DNA of 61,743 nucleotides, the filler included, from Nemertoderma westbladi (taxonomy: Eukaryota > Animalia > Xenacoelomorpha): NCBI GenBank assembly GCA_032718475.1. It is 3 parts of 3 records of this genome, joined end to end, with 100 filler letters (N's around TTAATTAATTAA, not from the genome) between each part and the next. Parts side by side here need not be neighbours in the genome. Positions count along the whole stretch, not along the records: positions 1 to 27,163 come from JAUCBJ010005349.1; 2 more parts are not named here. The stretch is one strand, 5' to 3'. The notes beneath the pieces are model-generated. The model made no database searches, was not told the origin of the DNA, and saw only the letters and a program-made list of their open reading frames with translations. The translations under genes were made by a program, and so were the position numbers. Positions within the stretch are counted from its first letter, which is position 1, and every line of letters begins with the position of its first letter. Below, piece after piece: positions 1 to 13,020 of the stretch.

Positions 1-43
1 CAATGAATTACTTTATTGAGGATAAAAAAAACTAGTAGTAACG

Positions 44-582
44 TACGGTGGCTGATTGCGGTCAATATTTCCATTTTTTACATTCTTTTTCACCCGGGTG
101 AAAAACATTTATCACCCGGGTGAAAAACATTTATCACCCGGGTAAAAAACATTTATCACCCGGGTGAAAAACATTTATCACCCGGGTGAAAAACATTTAT
201 CACCCGGGTGAAAAACATTTAACACCCGGGTGAAGAACATTTATCACCTGGGTGAAGAATATTTCTCATCCGGGTGAAAAACATTTATCACCCAGGTGAA
301 AAACAATTATCACCCGGGTGAAAAATATGTAAATGTTTAACTATTGACTTTCGTTTATTGTTTTGGTTAGAATAACATGCCACTGTAACCTGATCCTTTC
401 CCTTCATTGATTATTAACATTGGTCGAGATATTTATTCACCAAGAGTGAATTTGGATCAAAATGAGCTTTCGATATTATTTATAAGGAAACTCACTCCAT
501 GTGTTCAGAGTTCTGACACATTTTTTCACCCGGGTGAAAAACATTAAAAATTGTAAATAATTGGTCGCAATTAGCCACCGTA
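44..582. mobile_element. Non-autonomous DNA transposon (MITE) with TACGGTGGC...GCCACCGTA termini, IS3EU-like end signature
   Basis: ~27-bp imperfect TIR (tacggtggctgattgcggtcaat / attggtcgcaattagccaccgta) flanked by direct repeat gtaacg (38-43, 583-588; extendable to tagtaacgta). Internal ~22-bp tandem repeat. Confidence 0.75.
86..325. repeat. ~22-bp minisatellite with palindromic core TCACCCGGGTGA (~11 copies)
   Basis: Unit tcacccgggtgaaaaacattta repeated; one further core copy at ~521-541. Confidence 0.9.
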
Positions 583-758
583 GTAACGTAACAATAAAAA
601 TGGAACAAACTAATTATTAGATTATTAAATTTTTTTAGTAATACAGTTTATAAAATATTAATTGCAATTTTGGATGTGAAAGAGGCTGATTCTGGGTTAA
701 TATAATAATAAATTATTAAATAATTAATTAATTAAATTAATTATTAATTAATTGGTCT

Positions 759-994
759 AGGCGGGGTAGCTCAGTTGGTTGAGCGCCGGGCCTGCAATCT
801 ATTGGTTGTAGGTTCAGCCCCGCCAGGGTCCACTCAGCCTTTCATCCACTGGGGTCGATAAAATGAGTACCAGTTAAATAACTGGGAGAAAATCTTGGGA
901 TAGGAGTAGCGCCCACCCCTACCCTCGGGTAGCAGCTATCGAAAGAGGAGCCTTCGGGTCGTCTCCGGCTTCGGCCGACTGTTTGCTTGCTTGC
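759..994 (+). mobile_element. tRNA-derived SINE with conserved central domain and (TTGC)n tail
   Basis: A box tagctcagttgg, B-box-like ggttcagccc, central tcagcctttcatccactggggtcgataaaatgagtacc motif (resembles Deu/Nin-type SINE cores), ttgc tail, 7-bp TSD ttggtct (752-758 / 995-1001). Confidence 0.8.
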
Positions 995-1265
995 TTGGTC
1001 TGGCTTTAAGGCAACTCGTTGGAGAGAGGTAACGTGGAGGTCATAGCCATTAGCATTCCTGATAAGATGTCTAAGAAAAATATATGCATAGTCTTACTAC
1101 TACTACAGTACTAAGATCGGCATGCTGCATTGCAACTGCATTTTTAAGAATGCTGTCTGCCAGCATGTGCATCCGAGGATCTAGGTCCCACAGGACGAGA
1201 GTAGCACGATTGGCAGACACGGGAATCCGATCGGCAGTCTCCTCGGCGGGCCTGGAGTCAGGGTA

Positions 1266-1361
1266 GCTCGTGAGGATCTCGAGGCTCTGGGGAAGGATTA
1301 CGAGGAGGTCGGAGTTGATAGTGGCGGAGTCGAAGATGAGGAAGGAGAGGAGGATTACTAG
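1266..1361 (+). pseudogene. Alpha-tubulin C-terminal fragment
   Basis: Translates AREDLEALGKDYEEVGVDSGGVEDEEGEEDY*, matching the alpha-tubulin tail; upstream in-frame sequence is not tubulin. Confidence 0.75.
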
Positions 1362-2649
1362 ATGAAACCTTTACAAACTCTATTCAATCAGCCGTTATTT
1401 CTAGAACAAGTAGATTAGTGTTATATCTTAAATCTGTGTTGATATATTAGTATTATTGAATTCATTGTATTATTTTGGGTAAAAAAAAAGTTTAATCTTA
1501 CTATTAAATTAATTTATTAATAATAATAATAATTTTCAAGAAATCCTTGTCAGCGGATTATACTGTAGGGACTGAACGGGTTTTCGTAGATACAGTAATA
1601 TGTGTTGTGGGCGACTGTACCACTAGATTTGTCTTATCACCTTACCGCACCGCCATGCCGGTCAGGGGGCCTGCTGAGGGGAAGATTGACATGAAGGAAC
1701 GTGGTAAGCGTCGTCATGATCTGTAATAATCAATTTGAAAGAACTTAAAAAGTAAAAAAAACTATTTTTTACAGTTTGTGTGTAATTTGGCATTAGAGAG
1801 ATAAGTTTGAAGCAGTAGGTCATTTTTTAACTTTTCAAGTATAGTAAGATGAATCCAGTATTCAGTAGAAAAATACTAGTATGTTTAAAACCTGCCACTA
1901 CACACTACATTAATTAGTAATCTTATTGCATATTACCACAGATGATGTATTACACCATGTACACCTAATTAACATTCTGAGAACAATTTTACTTGATAAT
2001 TTTAGCCACATAATGGCCGGCCGGGCAACTCTTGTCAATGTTCAGTGTTGGAGTCAGCACAGACAGGTGCAGTCCATGATTCAAGAAGCTTTATATCCAA
2101 TGACTTCCATCATCAGTGTAAGATTTCAAGGCAACATTATCTGTATAACCTCATGTCATCTTTGACATTTTTGATGTTTTAATATAAATAATGAATTTTG
2201 ATATCTATTACAGAATGTGAAATTGCAACCTATTATTTATAGATACATATTATGTATATTGACTTTAACATATAATATCATGTGATATAATATTACCGAC
2301 CTCAGTTGTCTTTGACAACACACAAGGCTGACTGACTATACTGTACGCTAAACGTTGAAACTTATTTACCGGGTTCTATCCTCAATAGAACGGTTAAAAT
2401 TATTCGCTCTCTGGAGAATTTCAACATTTTATATATTAATACATAAGCACACTAACGCATACAATTTATTTTATTATTAATTTAATATTTTCATGTCTAA
2501 AACGTATTGAAATATCAAATATGTCTGCAAATTTTGCAAATAAATGAATTCGAAATGCAAGCAATAATCATTGCATAAGACTATCGAATGACTGTAATAT
2601 TATATATATGTATTGAGTACATTTATTATGACCACATCCTTAAACTAAC

Positions 2650-2877
2650 CCTAATATCAATGACTAGGTTGTAATCTTTTAGAATATCATCTCTTGCATT
2701 GATCTCTGCCAGTCCGAATTCGACGCCATCTGATACGGATTTGGAACTCCAGACGTCTCCAGACATAGATATCAGCCCTCCCAACCTCACTTCGGACTTT
2801 TCTCCGCTTGTACATAATATATTGTAAATCTTTAGCAGTATGTGAGTGAGACACATAATATTCTTTATTGCGGACAT
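2650..2877 (-). CDS. First coding exon of a GABA-B-like class C GPCR paralog (leader + start of Venus flytrap domain)
   Basis: ATG at 2877; ...EVRLGGLISMSGDVWSSKSVSDGVEFGLAEINARDDILKDYNLVIDIR resembles the GABA-B VFT N-terminus; phase-0 donor GTTAGT at 2649. Confidence 0.7.
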
Positions 2878-3157
2878 TTTTGGGAGGTAAAACTAACTTA
2901 TGATTGGGTTGAACTTGTTTTCCTCCTTGCAAACAAAAAGCGGACAGAGAAGCACCTGAATTCACATTCCAAAACAAATCTTTTAACCACAATTTATTTA
3001 TGATTAAACAAACAAACCAAATAAATTTACAAAACAGATCATATTCCAGTATTTGTGCTGACCATTATCCAGACCTCACCTAACATTCATATAACAAATT
3101 TTGCTATCCTATTACCAAAGTTAAATCCAAAGTAATCATGTAATGTTTTTACTTTTT

Positions 3158-3392
3158 GAGACAGGGGGGGGGGGGGGGGGGGGGGGAACTGGACGCAAAA
3201 CCCGCCTTGGCGAATTAATATCCCGCCTCAATGTTAAATTCTCAATTTAGAGAAAGGAGCAGGTTACAGTGGCACGTTATTTTAACCAAAACAATAAACT
3301 AAACACAATAGAACAGGTTACAATTTTATTTTTGAGAGTAACCAGCTGTTATTTGCGTCCAATTTCCCCTGGAGAGGGATGAGTTTCCCCCC
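3158..3392 (+). mobile_element. Poly-G-ended MITE family copy (ACTGGACGCAA termini, shared core)
   Basis: Similar to 17545-17797 (reverse) and 58872-59118; core aaaggagcaggttacagtggcacgttattttaaccaaaacaataaac. Confidence 0.7.
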
Positions 3393-5529
3393 TATCTTTA
3401 CTTTTTAATATAATTGCCCTTTCTCTTTCTGGCCAAGGGCAGTGGCCATTCTACGATTAGTACGCCTACAATATTACCATGAAATACTGGTCCTATATGT
3501 AAGGATTATTAAAATTAAGATACTGTTAATTCAAACAATATGTTGAAGGTTATGTTACTTTCATATAAACTCATGCTATCTAACCCACGTGAATTAGGAC
3601 ACTCTCCATTAAACAACCAATGAGATAAAGACCAAGCTTAACATGCCTCTCTCTATTCCGCCCTTGGTTTTCAACCTTACCGAACAGGCGAGGCGGAGTA
3701 ATAAAGTATCCTGCTTAGTGTTTTATTGTATTATAAGTGTTTGAAGGTTATCTATATTTTATTATTTAGAATGAGGAAACAACCAAGAACCTAAATATTA
3801 TATTCCCGTTCACGCCCACATTAACAGAGTAAGTAAATCCTCCGGCTTCGCTCTTTGAATGCTGATAAGAAAGCCTCGCAATGAATCGAATGCGGCAAAA
3901 TGTCGTCACAAACACCCCGCTGATGGTAATAATTTATTATTGAGGATAATCAATAGAGTTCCACATAAAAAAATAAATAATATAAAAATAAATTTATCCA
4001 TTACATAAATATATACAAGCACCCCCCATCCCCAATGGATACACACATACGTAGATAGTTGATTGTTTCAAGGTACATGGTCTCCCCCACCTTCTCTGCT
4101 GGGAACAATTAATTCACTTTGATGTATCCTAAATCTCTCCAGGCCTGGATCCTTTGGAATCAGAGACGCTGTTAATTTACTGAATTGTGATGTTCGGATT
4201 AAACAGTCCGACTACGCTCGCATAACGTGAGTCATTGGAAATACAGACACAGACATCACAGGTTAATTTATTCTTATCCATGCTCGGGCTCAGCATTTAA
4301 AGAATATATTGACTTTCGAGGATTTCTAGACAGTTTTGGTGACTGATTTTTTAAAAATAAATTTTAAATCTTATGATGACATGCTCTATTGAACTATCAG
4401 AATTTTGACTACATAGAATGTTTTCAGTGAGTCCAGATAATCATCTCGAGATACAAGTACTCCAGTTCTAGACACTGACACTCTCTCAAACTCCATCTAT
4501 CAGTATTGTATTAATTAAGTAGGCCTAGTCGAGCCACATATACGGTGAACGCTTGCAGGATATAATTGAAATCAAAAGTGAAATTAAATGTTATTGTGTC
4601 CCTCTGGAGAAGACCATATATACCATGAAGTACACGTTCGTGGGGCCTTCGCGCAGGACGAGGCTCAGTTATCAGATACAGATTAAAATTTACCAATTCT
4701 ATCCCAAAATCGGTACTTAAGAAATTTAAATAATTAAGTAAGAAATTTAACCAAATTGTCAATAAGAATAAATTAAAGGAGAGAGGAAAGTTCCCTCCCT
4801 CGGTTCGAGTTCCACCTGTTTGTAAAAACCTTTTCAGTAAGAAGCCATTTACATGTTATAGGAGTAGTACAGGATACTTCACTATCCACAACCTCTTCCA
4901 TCACACCATTTGAAACCCAGTCTTGAATCTCATCAAGTTTAGCTGGAAATCCACTGTAGTGAAAACTTCATCAATACCATAACATACAGGTTTACTATAC
5001 TCGAGAGCACAAAGGCGCAAGCATCCGGTCAAACTGGCATTTATCTATATAATTATACATTCATTAAAAACTTATGTTTAAAATAATTATAAGCGTCTGA
5101 AAACAGTAAAATCATAAATTAAAACACGTATTCAAAGTTTATAATGTAGCACGGGAGGGGGGATGGTTTCAAACATTAGGAAAGTTTGTATTTATCGGAT
5201 GCCATGGATTTCCCGAATGCGGTTGTGTCGCACAGCGAACGGAATGTTTGTCTGCTCGAGGCAGCTAGATATGAATTCACCATTATTCTTCGTACACCAT
5301 GGTGATGGTGGTTGGGACTGGAATCGTGAGTTTAGACTATTCTTACTATAATAGTATAATTATAGATTGTCAATGATTTGAGACCTGGCAGAGGAAAGGA
5401 TAGCGTGGCATTGCGATACAAACTACGTATCCCAGCGTGTTTCGAGTAATTGAGTGGTTGTTGTAACATAATACTGAGAGCTGTGGAGCGGAATACTCGG
5501 GCATTCTTTCACTCTTATCTTAATATGAG

Positions 5530-7660
5530 TCCAGCTATTGACTTGTAAGCTTCACTGGAAAGGGGAAGTGTCTCTGTTACGTAATGTGGAGTATCATTAC
5601 TGACATAGTTGCGGACAAAGCAGATTTCGAAGTTGCTTCCTATAGTGAATGTCAAGTGTTTCTATCTGTCTTCAGTTTAATGAGCCAACAATAAATTTAA
5701 TTCCAAATAATATTGACGGTTCTGCAATTGATTTCCACAGAGTAATAACAGTACGTAAATTTAATGAGCGAACGTTCCAGGATTGTTTGACGAAATTGAC
5801 ATAGATGATAGATACCATCCTGATACACCGTTCCCGAGCATCAGTTCCACTTCTTGTTATTACTACACCAAGGAATTTGATTGCATCACTCTCATGAATT
5901 AAGTTGGAGTTTACATTTATTAGTGATTGGTGTGTAATTGTCGAAGTATATATCCACTTTGTCTTTGAGGATTCTATAGTTAGGTTTAGTTTTCTGCTTT
6001 CAATTAAAACAACTGTTATTATTTGTTCAAGAACTGTTGATGATGGGGCCATTAATAGTATGTCATCAGCATAATTAGCTGCACCAAACCACACAGAACC
6101 TATGTGACAGCCAAGGCCTTTTTCACATAGTGCATTCATAATATCCTTAATATATATGTTGAACAGGCACGGAGAAGCCAATGAGCCCTGTTTTACACCT
6201 TTATGTACTGGTATTCCTTCGTCTATGATATTACCATCAGAATTTGGAAAAACCAAGGTTTGTGCGTAATAATCTAATAAGACGAGCGCTACATGTGGAT
6301 TTAATATGTCCTTTAGATTTGTGAACAAAACACTGTGATCAACATCATCAAATGCGGATTTTATGTCTAGTTGGCAAACGTATATTGGTGAGTCTCGCTT
6401 TCGATAGAATTCGATACATTCTAGGATTGCTCCAATGACCATATCCGAACTAATATTCTTCCCGAACCCTTATTGGTAGTCACTCAAGTTTCTGGATTTA
6501 GACAAGTCATCCTGTAAGAATAACTTTAGAATTACACCTTCAAATACTTTAGCCAAGAGGCTAACCGTAGCAATGGGTTGGTATGATTGTATTAATGATG
6601 AGTCTCTGGCATTTCCCTTATAGAAGTGCGAAATGATTGTTGCACCAAATGAACTAGGAACCTGACCGAGGGCCAAACTGGAATTTATTATATGAGAGAT
6701 CGAGTTTCAATGGATTTGAATGCAAAACATGTTCCACAACCAGTGATTTGATATCCGGAGACTTTCCAAGTGAGAGGCTTCCTATGATCGCTTTATTATT
6801 AACTGGAGAGAGTGTAATTAGATCTATATCTTTTCGCATCAACTCCGCTCACCTCGTATACTTCGTATGTCTTCGGTAATTGTTTCATTTCGCCTATGAT
6901 AATTTTCACTAAGCTTTCTCTGAACATCTTCAGGTATCGACTTTTCGTTGGGCTTAATGAGAAACGCCCAAAATTTCTGTGGGTTTGTTATAAAATGCTT
7001 AGTTACTGAATGAAGTGCTCTGTGTTTCATTTCTTTTATCATGTAATTTCTGTATCTTTTGATCAACTTTTTTGACTCATGATAGACTTCTTTTTTCTGT
7101 TGTTTAGTCTCTATATTAGAGTCCTCTTTCCAAGTCGTGTAGAGTTTCTTCGACATCTTTATTCGATCTCGCAGTTCTCCAGAAGCTACCCATGGATATT
7201 TACGTGGTCTCAATTTTCTCCTGTTAGTTGGTATATTGTTAAGGGCTGCAACCAATATAATATTCTCAACAGCAGTTGTGTATCTTTCTAGCTGCTCAAT
7301 GGACCACATTGTAGAGGCGGGAGTATAGGCATTATTTATTGCTAGGAGTTCAGCATCCGCTGTTTGTCTATATCTTTCTAAACTTGACTGAGAAGCTTTC
7401 TTCCATTAAATTTAGTTTAATTTATTGATCTTTGTGTCTTTGGTTTACTTCTGTTGTTCGCTCCCTGAATTTCTGAAATTGGGTATGTTATTGTGGATGT
7501 TATTGGTGACTGGTCTGCACAGTCAGCCCCTTCCCTTTCATGAACTATCCCCGATATCACTCGATTGCATTGTGATAAATGTGTTACTATGTGATCGATG
7601 TAGGGGATACCAATCTCCCCTCTATAAAATGTACTGGTAGGACCACTAAAAAAATTTCGA
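5530..7660 (-). mobile_element. Decayed non-LTR retrotransposon (LINE) ORF2, reverse transcriptase region
   Basis: Frameshifted ORFs 6839-7309, 6654-6842, 6470-6676, 5672-6442 with RT motifs LDIKSAFD, GVKQGS..SP, NYADD, KFLG. Confidence 0.9.
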
Positions 7661-8129
7661 GTATCAATTGCTGTTAGATATTGCGTTGCTTAAAGTTGTA
7701 AAAATGTTTGCCCCTGGCTGTTGGCTTCTTTCCATTGCATCGACTACCTCCCTGAATATTGCCAATGTCTGCGTTTGCATGTGGCAATGTGGGTAGGTAC
7801 TAATAAGTCCCTCAATCATGTTGTTTACATTGTCGTATTGGACGTTCATTTTCTTCAAATACAGACTTGGTTTTCCATCAGTATCTGAATCTATTCTTCC
7901 CCCAATATTAGCTTTAGATTCATTGCTATTCACAACCATGTGTCTAGTATTAGTACATAATTTGCTCATTTAATCCTCTTCAATATTATCGCGATCTCTC
8001 ACATCATTAAATATTGAGTTTTCATTTTTTGTTCCAATATTGCTTGTTAAATTTCTCACACAAGCTCACTCACGCAAGTTTTATTATCACTGACTACCAC
8101 CTCACTTTCAATACCAGTTCCCTTAGAAC

Positions 8130-10560
8130 ATCTTCACAAATCCCGCACATGGACATTAACAATATATGCTACATGTCTTACAAAAACTACCGATCCATCC
8201 TGACCAATTAGACGACCAGGTCCATGCCTACCGATCCGATCCATCCTGACCAATTAGACGACCAGGTCCATGCCTACCGATCCGATCCATCCTGACCAAT
8301 TAGACGACAAGGTCCATGCCTACCGATCCGATCCATCCTGACCAATTAGACGACAAGGTCCATGCCTACCGATCCGATCAATCCTGACCAATTAGACGAC
8401 CAGGTCCATGCCTACCGATCCGATCCATCCTGACCAATTAGACGACCAGGTCCATGCCTACCGATCCGATCCATCCTGACCAATTAGACGACCAGGTCCA
8501 TGCCTACGATCCGATCCATCCTGACCAATTAGACGACCAGGTCCATGCCTACCGATCCGATCCATCCTGACCAATTAGACGACCAGGTCCATGCCTACCG
8601 ATCCGATCCATCCTGACCAATTAGACGACCAGGTCCATGCCTACCGATCCGATCCATCCTGACCAATTAGACGACCAGGTCCATGCCTTCCGATCCATCC
8701 TGACCAATTAGACGACCAGGTCCATGCCTACCGATCCATCCTGACCAATTAGACGACCAGGTCCATGCCTACCGATCCATCCTGACCAATTAGACGACCA
8801 GGTCCATGCCTACCGATCCGATCCATCCTGACCAATTAGACGACCAGGTCCATGCCTTCCGATCCGATCCATCCTGACCAATTAGACGACCAGATCCACG
8901 CCTACCGATCCGATCCATCCTGACCAATTAGACGACCAGGTCCATGCCTACCGATCCGATCCATCCTGACCAATTAGACGACCAGGTCCATGCCTACCGA
9001 TCCATCCTGACCAATTAGACGACCAGGTCCATGCCTACCGATCCGATCCATCCTGACCAATTAGACGACCAGGTCCATGCCTACCGATCCGATCCATCCT
9101 GACCAATTAGACGACCAGGTCCATGCCTACCCATCCATCCTGACCAATTAGACGACCAGGTCCATGCCTACCGATCCATCCTGACCAATTAGACGACCAG
9201 GTCCATGCCTACCGATCCATCCTGACCAATTAGACGACCAGGTCCATGCCTACCGATCCGATCCATCCTGACCAATTAGACGACCAGGTCCATGCCTACC
9301 GATCCGATCCATCCTGAACAATTAGACGACCAGGTCCATGCCTACCGATCCGATCCATCCTGACCAATTAGACGACCAGGTCCATGCCTACCGATCCATC
9401 ATGACCAATTAAACGACCAGGTCCTTGCCTACCGATCCGATCCATCCTGACCAATTCGACGACCAGGTCCATGCCTACCGATTCATCCTGACCAATTAGA
9501 CGACCAGGTCCATGCCTACCGATCTATCCTGACCAATTAGACGACCAGGTCCTTGCCTACCGATCCGATCCATCCTGACCAATTCGACGACCAGGTCCAT
9601 GCCTACCGATCCATCCTGACCAATTAGACGACCAGGTCCATGCCTACCGATCCGATCCATCCTTACCAATTAGACGACCAGGTCCATGCCTACCGATCCG
9701 ATCCATCCTGACCAATTAGACGACCAGGTCCATGCCTACCGATCCGATCCATCCTGACCAATTAGACGACCAGGTCCATGCCTACCGATCCGATCGATCC
9801 TGACCAATTAGACGACCAGGTCCATGCCTACCCATCCATCCTGACCAATTAGACGACCAGGTCCATGCCCACCGATCCGATCCATCCTGACCAATTAGAC
9901 GACCAGGTCCATGCCTACCGATCCGATCCATCCTGACCAATTAGACGACCAGGTCCATGCCTACCGATCCGATCCATCCTGACCAATTAGACGACCAGGT
10001 CCATGCCTACCGATCCGATCCATCCTGACCAATTAGACGACCAGGTCCATGCCTACCGATCCGATCCATCCTGACCAATTAGACGACCAGGTCCATGCCT
10101 TCCTATCCATCCTGACCAATTAGACGACCAGGCCCATGCCTACCGATCCATCCTGACCAATTAGACGACCAGGTCCATGCCTACCGATCCGATCCATCCT
10201 GACCAATTAGACGACCAGGTCCATGCCTACCGATCCATCCTGACCGATTAGACGACCAGGTCCATGCCACCCTTTTGATTTATCATCCCTCCAATAATAT
10301 ACCAGTTCTCCAGGTTGAAATGGTGCACACGATTTCTCAAAGCCCTCCTTACTTTATCAACAGACTCGGCTTCAATATATGGGTTTTATGTAATAACTCG
10401 AGGTGCTGGCGAATACCTTCAAAATAACTATCTTTATCGTTCAGGGAAGGAGGATTACCTGAAGTTACATATAGCAACCGTGGCGTAAATCCACATGTAT
10501 CACTTCATGTATTCTTGGCTAATAATGCATAACTCAATAGTGCTGTCATTGATCCTACTT
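8130..10560 (-). mobile_element. LTR-retrotransposon integrase C-terminal remnant split by the minisatellite
   Basis: Minus strand gives YIEAESVDKVRRALRNRV..FQPGELVYYWRDDKSKGWHGPGRLIGQDGSV before the array and GQDGSVVFVRHVAYIVNVH after it (GPY/F-like module). Confidence 0.7.
8187..10268. repeat. 41/46-bp minisatellite (~45-50 copies)
   Basis: Unit cgatccatcctgaccaattagacgaccaggtccatgcctac, with or without an extra cgatc. Confidence 0.95.
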
Positions 10561-11037
10561 CCTCCAAGGAGGATAACTAGCTGTAAAAATAATCATAATT
10601 CGAACATTTTTCGCAATGTCATCGGTTATTATATATATCTTTTGGTTTTCCATTGTTTTAATTTTAGTATTGATTTACTGTGATTTAAAGTCAACTAAAG
10701 ACTTGCCAAAAAAATACGTCAATAAAACGCGGAATAACTGGTAATATAGTAAACGAGTTTTAAATGACGTGGCTCAAGGGGTGGTTAAATGCAAATCCAA
10801 TCTGGGCAAATTTATATTATTCGTCTCAATGTTAAATTATAAATTTAAGGGAAAGGATCAGATTACTGCAATGTAGCACGTTATTTTACCAAATCAATTA
10901 ACCAAAGTCAATAGAACAGGATACAGTTTCAATTTTGTGTGTAATCAGCTGATATTTTCGTCGAAAATACCCCCCCCCCCCCCCCATCAATATCTGGGCT
11001 CAAGAACGTAATAATTATTTTGGACTGTTATAGAGTT

Positions 11038-11290
11038 TGAGGGGCGAGCCACGAAAGTAAGCGAGCTTAGCATACGGGTACCACTAACACAATCGGTGTG
11101 TCTGTTGATCTGTTATTTTGTTGATCTGTTATTATCTTATATTCAATTTTAAACGTTAATAACTCGGCCAATCTTTGATGAAATCTATCCAAACTTGGTA
11201 CACATGTTGTTTGGCAAAAGTTTAGAAATTTTCCAAGTAGAATTTCCGTGTGGCCTCCGAAAAGCTAAGATAATAGCAGTTAATTAGTTA
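11038..11290 (+). repeat. Interspersed repeat (possibly Helentron/DINE-like non-autonomous element)
   Basis: ggggcgagccacgaa..gcgagc..gcatacgggtacc head matches 43580-43630 (reverse) and 40136-40155; aaacttggtacac...tttagaaatt shared with ~58500-58560. Confidence 0.5.
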
Positions 11291-13020
11291 ATTAAGTTGA
11301 TTACGGTATAAAACAGCATTTTGTCTGTAGCCCTTTATTGGAAATTAATTATTTTATAGTATAAGATTTAAATAATTATACTTAAAAATTATACAGCTTT
11401 AATTCTCATATCCCATTCCATTATAGTTTTTAATTAGTTCAAGTGTTTGCTTTAAGAAATGTGTTTTTATTTGATCTAAAAGTTATTAAAATACCCCGTC
11501 AGCCGTCACTCTTTACTCCCCGCTCCCTTATTCTAAGGCATGCTTGCTATTGCGTAGCCTAACCAGTCCAACCACCAGCTAACTAACCACTACTCATTAG
11601 GCAGTCTTGTAATGAGCCAGACTAATAAGAGAGCTTCCTTGGTTATTGCTGTCTTGTGTTTACCTTACAAAATTATTGGCTGAGTATTTAATTGTGATTC
11701 TTTAGAATAATTCGCTAAATAATTTCGTTGAGGTGTTGACATGATAAATTTATGTTTCAATATCAATACTATCGGCATAAGGTAAGTTTTATATTTCTTA
11801 CAAATTGGGTCGCCTCCACACCTAAAATATGTAATATATTACTTTATGAGTTTAACATGTTACCAATAGCATGAGTTTATCTTTGATCTATGATTTCTTA
11901 GTTGGTTAAATAAATTAAATAATATGCGATCTTTAATTATTTTTGCTAGAAATTTGTGCTTTTTGTGTATTTGTGAATCGCTTCCAGTTGTATTTTGAAT
12001 TATATTAAAAATAAATATAACATATTACTTTTAAATCACAAACGGGGGGGCTTTATTCTCATCTCTTTGTGATTTACTGGTGTTTGGTTAAATTTCTTAA
12101 ATACCGAGTTTGTGATACAGTAGAATCGATGTCTTCCGATGTCATCCGATGTTTTTATTAGGCTAACTGAGAATGTATTATGTGGAAATAATTAGTGTTT
12201 TTTATTTTATTTATTTAATACAGTTAGCCCCCTTCGCAGAATAAAAAGCTCTTTGGGGCCGTTTCTCAGGTTGCGTTTAGGGATAGCCTTTCACACATCC
12301 CACTAATTGTGATTTGTATCTTAAGCGACTGTGTATTACAGATGGGCGGGAGGCAGTTTTTTGGTTGATGCAAGTCATTCTTGTTGGTTTGCATCTTCCA
12401 ATCTTTATCTGTTTATTGGAGTCTGTGTAAGACAGGTTTGTTTAAAGCCATCTTGATGGCGTTCTAGTATAGTCAAATGATAGTTGTATGTGTAAAGTAG
12501 TGTAAAGTACATAATACTAACAACATAATATTGCACTGGGCAACACCTGTCCTCTTGTACACAACATGATAGGCTGACCTAGTTAGTGTTACCGAAACAC
12601 GTAAAGTGACAGACCAAACCCTTTGATTAGCTTTCTATTATTATGAACGAAATTATGTTAAAATATTAAATTATAATTTCATTATCACTTCAACTCCAGT
12701 AATTAATTGAAAAGCTCAGACAGTCCCAGGTAATTCGACCCTGTCGAATCGACAGGGTGATTTCTGAGATTATTAACAACTCTCGGTGCTAGGTTGACTC
12801 AATGCGTGTGCAGTAAATATCATGATGAATGTTTTCTTATTTTATTAGTCAGTTCACATGTTTAAATAACCCCAACAAAACAACACAATGCACTGCACAG
12901 CATATTGATATTAAAGCTAGTAAATGAGGAGCCTGGTGTCCTTTATTGCTTGCAGGAAAAACTCTATTATAGTCTCGCCTTTCCAGCCAAAGCAGATCTA
13001 TTTATTAACTATTGCATTAC

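Noticed and set aside
760-830. Functional tRNA-Cys gene
   Set aside because: Imperfect arms, and it continues into a SINE body with tail and TSD.
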